UHGV virus genome: UHGV-0131581 | Source of the DNA: a virus | DNA: 21,583 bases | Strand: one strand, 5' to 3' | Part shown: piece by piece, positions 15,233 through 21,583 of the stretch | Layout of the letters: each line of letters opens with the position of its first letter | Position numbering within the stretch: the stretch's first letter is position 1 | Program-made: the position numbers and the translations under genes | Notes under the pieces: model-generated | The model's database searches: none | The model's input: only the letters and a program-made list of their open reading frames with translations | Told to the model about the DNA's origin: nothing

Positions 15233-15645
15233 TGGGCTACTTTGAGGACTTAACAAAAGCGTTTGATGTTCCGCTGGTAGCCTTCGGAAACACCAACGGC
15301 ATCAAGGTTGCGCTTGAAAATATCGACGCGCCGACGTCTACCGATACACCGTATCTGGCGAGTTACATGTTGCTGGCGGATACCGAGCAGGCGGATTTGT
15401 TCTTCACAGAACAACGCGCTGGTGTCTATCAGGTCGACATTAACTACGCATCGGTGAAGGGTAGCGCGCCAATCAATAAAATGGCAGACTTACTTAACAC
15501 GGCGTTTAAAGCAGGTAAGTCATTTTCACGTAACGACATCTGCGCCGAGGTTCAATCGGTTAGCCTGGGGCCGCTGATTGTAGAAAACGGATGGGCCAAA
15601 CGACCATTGTCAATTAACTTTATTGCATTCACCAAGAGGCTGTGA
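15229..15645 (+). CDS. Putative tail terminator protein
   Basis: 138-aa protein immediately upstream of and coupled to the major tail protein gene. Position-based. Confidence 0.35.
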   Translation: MMGYFEDLTKAFDVPLVAFGNTNGIKVALENIDAPTSTDTPYLASYMLLADTEQADLFFTEQRAGVYQVDINYASVKGSAPINKMADLLNTAFKAGKSFSRNDICAEVQSVSLGPLIVENGWAKRPLSINFIAFTKRL

Positions 15646-16814
15646 ATATGGCTACAACTCCTTTTAAGGGCGCGAATACCGCGCAATTCTATGTGGCGGA
15701 AGTGACCCCGGGCGTAACACCTGATAACCCGGTCTGGTCGCCGTTGCGCAACACAGGCGGTGTTCCCGCCGTTACCCGCGACACGCTGGCCTCCAACGAA
15801 CTGGACGGCAGCCGTGAAACTACATCCATCCGCACCGGTAACAGGCAGGTTAGCGGGGAATACGCAATTGAGCTTAGCTCGAAAAGCCAGGACGACTGGC
15901 TGGCTGGCGCTTTAGGCTCTACGTGGCAGTCAGGGGCTTCTCTGTCAGGGTTATCGATTACCGTTGCACCGGCGGGTAAGACGTTCACCCGTGCTGATGG
16001 TAGCTTTATTACCGACGGCGTTGAAGTGGGCGACCTGATTGCGTTTACCGACTTAACGGGCGACAACGCTAAGCCGTTTATCGTTACTGCGGTAGAGGCA
16101 CTGGCGGTAACAGGTGCAGGTATCCAGCACACTCTTACCGCGGAGACTGTCACTACCGCGGCCAAAACTGGAGATAAACTGGAAACCGGTAACCAATGTA
16201 AGACGTTCTCTATTCTCACCTGGTACAAAGGCCAGTGCGGAGGGGCCAGTGTATATACGCTGACCAAAGGCGTTGAAGTTTCGGGTTTTACCGTTGAACA
16301 GGCAGTTAATGCGATGGTAACTGGCAGCTTCCCGTTCATCGGTCGCAGTCAGGAGATTCTCACCGAGCAGCCGTCCGGTTCCGACTTCTCTTCCGTTACG
16401 TTTGGTGACGAGCCGTTCTCCTCGGTTGACGTTTCTGTGTTCGATGGGTCTACGCCGTTGCGTTGCGACAGTCTGACCATCACTAACGACAACAGCGCGT
16501 CCGCACAGTTCGAACTCGGCAACACTAACGTGGCCTTTGTGGAACGTAGCCGCGCAGCTAACACATTCTCTATCTCCGGCAAACTGTACGACATGGCTAT
16601 GATTCAGAAGTTTATCAACGAACAGCAGGTAGAGATTAACTCTATTCTGGCTGGGGTAAACGGTGCTATGTCTTTCAGTTTGAAACGCGCAGAGCTTACG
16701 GCGGTTACGCCAGAGATTGGCGGACCTGAGTCAATCACTCAGTCCATTGAAGGACAGTCCACAGGCAATCAATATCAATCATCTATCGTAATTCAACGTA
16801 TTAGTTACGCGTAA
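15642..16814 (+). CDS. Major tail protein
   Basis: 390-aa Thr/Ser/Gly-rich protein preceding the chaperone and tape-measure genes and followed by a strong terminator. Synteny-based. Confidence 0.6.
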   Translation: MNMATTPFKGANTAQFYVAEVTPGVTPDNPVWSPLRNTGGVPAVTRDTLASNELDGSRETTSIRTGNRQVSGEYAIELSSKSQDDWLAGALGSTWQSGASLSGLSITVAPAGKTFTRADGSFITDGVEVGDLIAFTDLTGDNAKPFIVTAVEALAVTGAGIQHTLTAETVTTAAKTGDKLETGNQCKTFSILTWYKGQCGGASVYTLTKGVEVSGFTVEQAVNAMVTGSFPFIGRSQEILTEQPSGSDFSSVTFGDEPFSSVDVSVFDGSTPLRCDSLTITNDNSASAQFELGNTNVAFVERSRAANTFSISGKLYDMAMIQKFINEQQVEINSILAGVNGAMSFSLKRAELTAVTPEIGGPESITQSIEGQSTGNQYQSSIVIQRISYA

Positions 16815-16816
16815 GG

Positions 16817-16840
16817 AAAAGGCCCCGAAAGGGGCCTTTT
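16817..16840. terminator. Bidirectional rho-independent terminator between convergent genes
   Basis: AAAAGGCCCC-GAAA-GGGGCCTTTT: a GC stem with GNRA-type loop flanked by A-run and T-run, so it can terminate from either direction. Confidence 0.8.
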
Positions 16841-16841
16841 C

Positions 16842-17072
16842 TTACTCATCAATATTGCTTCGGTATTCCCGCAACTTCTCCAGACTTTCAATTGCTTCTG
16901 CTAAGTCGGTTACGGTGTCCTTGTGCCCACGTAAACCCATGCACAATAGCTTCTTCAATGCGTGCTGTAACGCCGGGTCGCGGATGTCGAAGGCGCGCAG
17001 CACATCGTAAACGTCTACGGTCATAGTGCTGCCGTGAGTGTTTGTCATTGTGCGGTTGTATTTTGAAGTCAT
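16842..17072 (-). CDS. Small hypothetical protein (76 aa)
   Basis: Minus-strand ORF ATGA-coupled to the HNH gene; contains DVYDVLRAFDIRDPALQHALKKLL. I do not recognise the family with certainty. Confidence 0.5.
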   Translation of the reverse strand: MTSKYNRTMTNTHGSTMTVDVYDVLRAFDIRDPALQHALKKLLCMGLRGHKDTVTDLAEAIESLEKLREYRSNIDE

Positions 17073-17542
17073 TTTCCGTGCCTCTCAGTAAAGTCTTTCT
17101 TTTCTTTGTAAAAACATTCTGCATATCTCACGGCGTCTTCTTTTTGGTCAAAACGCTTGGCTATCCTATTCCCGTTATATTGAATTTGAACGACCCATTT
17201 ACCGTTATATGTTTTACTAACCCCGGTAACACCAGACGAGTTATCCCTGCGCTTTGCTGCATTTTTGCAGTTTATGTGCCGGTCGCACAGTCGAAGATTC
17301 TCTATACGGTTATCGCTTTTCACACCGTTTATATGGTCAATCTCCTTGCCTTCTGGTATAGCTCCGTTAAACATTTCCCATATAATTCTGTGGGCGAATG
17401 TCATTTTTGATCCTAGTTTAGTTCTTACATATCCGCGGTGGTCAACGTACCCTACTTTACGTCCTTTCGGGTACTTAGGGTTTACGCTGTCCTTAGCGTA
17501 AAGATTCCCGTTTTCGTATTCGTAAACGTTATTCCATGTCAA
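17069..17542 (-). CDS. HNH homing endonuclease with AP2-type DNA-binding domain
   Basis: YVDHRGYVR ... IDHINGVKSDNRIENLRLCDRHINCKN (HNH_3-type core) followed by SGVTGVSKTYNGKWVVQIQYNGNRIAKRFDQKEDAVRYAECFY (AP2-like). Confidence 0.85.
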   Translation of the reverse strand: MTWNNVYEYENGNLYAKDSVNPKYPKGRKVGYVDHRGYVRTKLGSKMTFAHRIIWEMFNGAIPEGKEIDHINGVKSDNRIENLRLCDRHINCKNAAKRRDNSSGVTGVSKTYNGKWVVQIQYNGNRIAKRFDQKEDAVRYAECFYKEKKDFTERHGK

Positions 17543-18678
17543 TTTATACCCCCTATCATTTCTGGTGATATTGTGAGGCGTGCCACCTCCCCATATTCTG
17601 CACTATATGTTATCACGTTAGCACTACGGCCAGACATCCAACCCCCTCGCGATGCGTAAGCATCTTTCGCCGCCAGGGTGCGGTGCTGTTCGACTACCAT
17701 ATTACGGCTCTCTACTAGTTTCTGATGATGTAGATGGCCTACATGGGCGTAACTGTATGTGCTTTCACCGAAAGCCTTACGGAATTTAGAAATCATTACT
17801 GACTCTATGGCATCGAATCTCGCACGGTGTCCGTGGTGCATGAACAGCGTAGTTTTTCCATGCTGAACCATCTTGTATACGTCGGGGGAGGTGTCCACAA
17901 ATACGCGAGGTTCGTTGTCATACAATGTGCAGAACATTTCGGCAAGCCATACGGAGCCGACAGGGTCGTGGTTACCTTGGACGATTAAAAGTTTGACTGT
18001 GTGATGTTTAACCAGAGCCATATCAACAACACGGCGTACCATACGAATCATGTAGCGGACCAGTTTCTGATAGCGCGTATCCGCGTCTAACACATGACGT
18101 GACTCAGGTGTAACGGCATCCAGACTATCGAAGTGCGCGAAATCCCCCAGCAGGTTAATAACTCCTGTTCCTGCGTCCGGCGCTTTCTGAAACGCCGCGT
18201 CGAACCATCGAGAGAACAGGTCTTCCGCGATTTTCATATCCCAGTCGTCGCCGCTCTCGTCGGCCCAGGCCAGCATACCGAGATGGAAGTCAGATACCGT
18301 GTAAAGATTGAGTAGTTTATCGTCACGTTTGGCCCGAACGGCTTTAACAGGCGCAACCGGCGTAATCTCTGACTTCATGCCCTCAATTACGGCTTTCATC
18401 AACTCAACCTGACGTTCGGCATCGGTGTCTGTCTTAACCCATTGCAACTTAGTGTTGCCGAACTCGTCTACCAGTGACGACGTCCCTTTAATCTTGTAAC
18501 CGTCTGGTACAAGGTGGCTAACGTCACGCCCGTGGCCCACACCTTTCTTTGCCAGCTTCGCTTTACGGATACGAATAACTCGGTCTGAGATGCCGTATTT
18601 ACGGGCTATATCTATATTCTTCACCCCGGCGTTCAATTCTTCCTGTAATTGTTCGTCGGTTATTTTCTTCCGGGCCAT
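17539..18678 (-). CDS. HTH domain fused to calcineurin-like metallophosphoesterase (379 aa)
   Basis: N-terminal ~45 aa HTH-like (ITDEQLQEELNAGVKNIDIARKYGISDRVIRIRKAKL). Phosphoesterase motifs in order: SDFHLG (D-x-H), LLGDFAHFD (GD..D), VQGNHDP (GNHD), FMHHGH, HVGHLHH (GHxH). GAGGAAG RBS. Confidence 0.75.
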   Translation of the reverse strand: MARKKITDEQLQEELNAGVKNIDIARKYGISDRVIRIRKAKLAKKGVGHGRDVSHLVPDGYKIKGTSSLVDEFGNTKLQWVKTDTDAERQVELMKAVIEGMKSEITPVAPVKAVRAKRDDKLLNLYTVSDFHLGMLAWADESGDDWDMKIAEDLFSRWFDAAFQKAPDAGTGVINLLGDFAHFDSLDAVTPESRHVLDADTRYQKLVRYMIRMVRRVVDMALVKHHTVKLLIVQGNHDPVGSVWLAEMFCTLYDNEPRVFVDTSPDVYKMVQHGKTTLFMHHGHRARFDAIESVMISKFRKAFGESTYSYAHVGHLHHQKLVESRNMVVEQHRTLAAKDAYASRGGWMSGRSANVITYSAEYGEVARLTISPEMIGGIN

Positions 18679-18743
18679 GCTTACTTCCTCGTGTTTAGGA
18701 TTTGTCCTATTTAACCACAGTGCATTCCTTTAAATAAAGGCGA

Positions 18744-19070
18744 CTATTTACTTTCCACGCCTATCGCCCATCCAGTCATTACCATTTGCAGACGAGTAGC
18801 TGTTAGTAGGCTGTAAAACGCGTCCCCGTTTTTCTCTACCGAACGTATTACCGAGTATGTTACGGCTTGTGCAGGTAGACCTGATTTACCAACCTCTACG
18901 GCAGCCTCACATTCACGAACTGTAGAGTCCTTAAATGCCTTTACAATAGTAGGGTCGGCTTTTTCAAGCACGCCAGAAGTCATAAGAACAGACTCACTAA
19001 ATACCTGTTCGCACGGAGACCCAAAAGCGGCAAAAGACATAAACCCCAGAGCTAATACTAATTTACGCAT
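18744..19070 (-). CDS. Secreted/periplasmic hypothetical protein (108 aa, N-terminal signal peptide)
   Basis: MRKLVLALGFMSFAAFGS: basic N-terminus plus hydrophobic core, no lipobox; GAGGAA RBS; first gene of the minus-strand operon. Confidence 0.5.
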   Translation of the reverse strand: MRKLVLALGFMSFAAFGSPCEQVFSESVLMTSGVLEKADPTIVKAFKDSTVRECEAAVEVGKSGLPAQAVTYSVIRSVEKNGDAFYSLLTATRLQMVMTGWAIGVESK

Positions 19071-19087
19071 AATTATTTCCTCAGTAA

Positions 19088-19222
19088 GTTACAGGTGAAT
19101 AGTACCCTATTATATTGGGGTGTGCAAGTAGTGTGCTAGAATAAGTTTGCGCCTAGTGTCGCACACGAAAAGCGGGTGGTTCCCGTCTGGCGCATTTCCC
19201 TTAACCTGTAACCTCTTAACCA
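19088..19222 (+). promoter_or_regulatory. Divergent promoter/operator region between the minus-strand island and the tail chaperone gene
   Basis: GTTACA (19088-19093), 17 nt, TATATT (19111-19116); GTGTGC direct repeats at 19120 and 19131 with inverted copy GCACAC at 19162-19167; TTAACC-TG-TAACC-TC-TTAACC at 19199-19222. Confidence 0.35.
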
Positions 19223-19234
19223 AAGGATTAAAGA

Positions 19235-19651
19235 ATGAAACTTTCTGATTTCTATTTTGCGGACCGCCATGCTGTAGGCACTAAAATGCCTATCCTTCTG
19301 CCGAGTGGTAAAGACTCCGGTGAATGGCTGCAGGTCATCGGCCCTGATTGTGACGCGGGTGTTCGTGCGGGCCGCGCCTACACAACGGCAATTCGACGCC
19401 TTACGGAAGAACTTGCGCCATTAGATAAAGAGTGCGAGGCGCTGAATAACTGGGCACGTTATAACGATGAGAAGGGCTGGCGGGTGATGGACCTGAACAA
19501 GCAGCTTGCCGTGGAAATCGTCACCGGTTGGTCATTCGACGAACCGTTCAGCAAAGAGGCGCTGGCTAACCTGTTTGACCAGTACAGCGGGTTGGCAGAA
19601 GCCGTAGTTAAGCACCACACCGATAGCCGCGAGAAACTCTCGGAAAAGTAA
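19235..19651 (+). CDS. Tail assembly chaperone (G-like)
   Basis: 138-aa acidic protein in the conserved slot upstream of the tape measure gene, with an overlapping -1 frame ORF downstream. Confidence 0.55.
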   Translation: MKLSDFYFADRHAVGTKMPILLPSGKDSGEWLQVIGPDCDAGVRAGRAYTTAIRRLTEELAPLDKECEALNNWARYNDEKGWRVMDLNKQLAVEIVTGWSFDEPFSKEALANLFDQYSGLAEAVVKHHTDSREKLSEK

Positions 19652-20013
19652 AAGCGCTGTATGAATTTGCGCAATGGTGTTTTGTTGACCGTCACAAACG
19701 TAAGCAATTTGACGACATCGCGGCAGGCCACCAGGCGGCTTTGATTGCAATGGGCGTGATTAAAGAACCGCAGATGAAAGAAACGACGGGGCCAGAATGC
19801 CCCGTTTCTCTTATCGACGTGTTCGAGAAATACCGTGCCATTAAATTCCTACAGCGCGAAACAGATGATACTATCGTTATAATCCCGCGCGATGCGCTCA
19901 AATGGCAAGATTTGGTAGCGTTTCGTGATGTCGCCGGTTACGGCATAAGTTTGTTCGAAGCCGAGGTTATCATGGGCTTAGACGGAATATTTGAGGGCAG
20001 AGAAGATGGCTGA
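19627..20013 (+). CDS. Probable -1 frameshift extension of the tail assembly chaperone (GT-like product)
   Basis: The -1 frame is open from 19627 to TGA 20011-20013, overlaps the zero-frame stop (19649-19651), and ends 8 nt into the tape measure gene. Candidate slip at GGAAAAG (19642-19648). Confidence 0.4.
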   Translation, partial: PRETLGKVKALYEFAQWCFVDRHKRKQFDDIAAGHQAALIAMGVIKEPQMKETTGPECPVSLIDVFEKYRAIKFLQRETDDTIVIIPRDALKWQDLVAFRDVAGYGISLFEAEVIMGLDGIFEGREDG

Positions 20014-21583
20014 TACGGCTTCCCTAATTGCCAGAGTAAAAACAGAAGGTGCTGACGTAGCTGCCAAACAGCTTGACGCTATGGCTGCATCCGCAGACCG
20101 GGCGGACACATCCGTAAATAAACTAACGCCGGATGTTAATAAAGTTAACACCGCCACATCCAAAGCGGCCTCTGACGGTTTCGCTAAGTTCCGTAACGCC
20201 GCCGGGCAGGTGGGCTTCCAGGTGCAGGACATGGTTGTCCAGTTGCAGTCCGGTACGTCCGCATTCGTAGCAATCGGACAACAAGGTTCTCAGCTTGCGG
20301 GTGCTTTCGGCCCTGGTGGTGCGGTGCTTGGGGCTGTAATTGCTCTTGCGTCAGCTATCGGCGGCGTCTTGTACAAATCGCTAACAGAGGCGGAGGGGAG
20401 TTCAAAAGACCTCGAAGCCGCGCAGAAACAGTTAAAAGACACCTTCCAGCAAACAGCATCTGGCTCTCTCGAACTGACAGACGGCCTCATCCAGCTTACC
20501 CAAATCAGCCGAGAAGCGGCGGAGACTCAGCTTGCTCTGGCTAAGGCTAACGCAGACCTTATCGCGCAGCAAACAGCTAAAGCCGTTCGAGAGGACGCAG
20601 AATCATGGGAGACATGGAAAGCATCCACGGCATCGGCTATTAGCCAGTATGATGCGCTGGTCTCTAAGGGCGCGGATGTAGGCGACACGTTAGAAAAACT
20701 AGGCGGCACTTACGAGGGCAACATCGTAGGTGTCAACATGCTGGCACAGAATATCGCGGAGCTTAGCAGTAAGTTCGGGGTTAACCGCGGCCAGGCCCTG
20801 GAGATGATAGCGGCGCAGAGCGCGTTCAATAAAGAGCCGACCGCTGAGAATGCCCGTCGCATCGCCGATGTGTTTACCGACTGGCTGGGTAACACAAAAC
20901 AATTGAACCCGGAGCTTATCCGCCTTACCGATAATGCCAACAAGAATGCCACGGCACTGGAGAACGCTGAGAAGTCGGCAAACGCCGCGGCGGAGGCCCA
21001 AAAGAATCTCGGTCGTAACGTCAACTCAACGACGCAGAGATTCCAGGAACAGAACGAAGCTATCGTTAAGAACCAGCAAATCGCCATCTTAAGCGACCGT
21101 GAGCGCATCCGGGCGCAAGCTGAACTTGATAAGCAGGCGTTTGCTAAACGTGAAGCTGTCACCAAAGAACAGATAGCCGCGTATAACGCCGCCCGTGACG
21201 CGGAAGCGCAGCAAGACATCGCCCGCATCGACAAGACCGAGAAAGAGAAGGCAGACCGCGAGGCTAAATCGAATGAGAAACGCCTGGCGGCGCAAGCCAA
21301 ACGTGAAGAAATGGCGGCTGAACGACAGAAAAAAGCGGCGGAAGATTTCCTGGCTACTGTCGACCGCACAACCGGAGACGAAATTTCACGTATTACAGCG
21401 GCAGAAGAACAGAAACTGGCGAAACTTGAGGAGTTCAACCGCGCAGGAACGATAAGCCAGCAGCAATACGAAAACGCCAAAACTCAAATTATGCTCACAG
21501 CCGAGCAGGCCAGACAGGAAGAACTGGATAAGAAAAGAAAAGAAGCCCAGGAGAAGCAGCAGAAAGGCGACGACTTCATGGCT
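20006..21583 (+). CDS. Tail tape measure protein, N-terminal part (3'-truncated by the window edge)
   Basis: ATG 20006 opens a frame that runs uninterrupted to the window end (526 codons); Ala/Lys/Glu/Gln-rich coiled-coil with an early hydrophobic segment (AFVAIGQQGSQLAGAFGPGGAVLGAVIALASAIGGVLY). Confidence 0.75.
   Translation, partial: MADTASLIARVKTEGADVAAKQLDAMAASADRADTSVNKLTPDVNKVNTATSKAASDGFAKFRNAAGQVGFQVQDMVVQLQSGTSAFVAIGQQGSQLAGAFGPGGAVLGAVIALASAIGGVLYKSLTEAEGSSKDLEAAQKQLKDTFQQTASGSLELTDGLIQLTQISREAAETQLALAKANADLIAQQTAKAVREDAESWETWKASTASAISQYDALVSKGADVGDTLEKLGGTYEGNIVGVNMLAQNIAELSSKFGVNRGQALEMIAAQSAFNKEPTAENARRIADVFTDWLGNTKQLNPELIRLTDNANKNATALENAEKSANAAAEAQKNLGRNVNSTTQRFQEQNEAIVKNQQIAILSDRERIRAQAELDKQAFAKREAVTKEQIAAYNAARDAEAQQDIARIDKTEKEKADREAKSNEKRLAAQAKREEMAAERQKKAAEDFLATVDRTTGDEISRITAAEEQKLAKLEEFNRAGTISQQQYENAKTQIMLTAEQARQEELDKKRKEAQEKQQKGDDFMA

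Noticed and set aside
15689-16339. 216-aa minus-strand ORF
   Set aside because: Antisense to the major tail protein gene; Ser/Thr/Pro/Val-rich shadow frame.
20710-21480. 256-aa minus-strand ORF
   Set aside because: Antisense to the tape measure gene; the Ser/Ala/Cys-rich translation is the mirror of the Ala/Glu/Lys-rich coiled-coil coding strand.
1-21583. CRISPR arrays, tRNA or rRNA genes, integrase and attachment sites
   Set aside because: No regularly spaced direct repeats, no tRNA-like cloverleaf signatures and no integrase-like ORF were seen by eye, so none are called. A proper tRNA or repeat scan was not possible.

Overview
This window reads as the late (lysis, packaging, head, tail) region of a tailed dsDNA phage with a long-tail, siphovirus-type gene order, almost entirely on the + strand. 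Order: a lysis cassette (two holin-like membrane proteins and a GH24 lysozyme), a promoter-driven run of tiny translationally coupled ORFs, terminase small and large subunits, portal, Mu-F-like head morphogenesis protein, an overlapped Rz/Rz1 spanin pair, scaffold, major capsid, Ig-like proteins, head-tail joining proteins, major tail protein, tail assembly chaperone with a probable -1 frameshift, and the 5' part of the tape measure gene. Three things stand out. (1) A minus-strand four-gene island (16842-19070) sits inside the tail module and encodes an HNH-AP2 homing endonuclease, an HTH-metallophosphoesterase fusion, a secreted protein and a small protein; this is my best candidate for an undescribed accessory system. 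(2) The left end carries an SmpB-like gene 3' end, a near-consensus sigma70 promoter, and a SecY-like ORF whose homology stops after about 255 residues. (3) Several regulatory structures are visible, including a hairpin that sequesters the holin RBS and a motif pair shared by two promoter regions. All homology calls are from reading the translations and recalling family motifs; no database search was run, and coordinates of features I placed by hand may be off by 1-2 nt.
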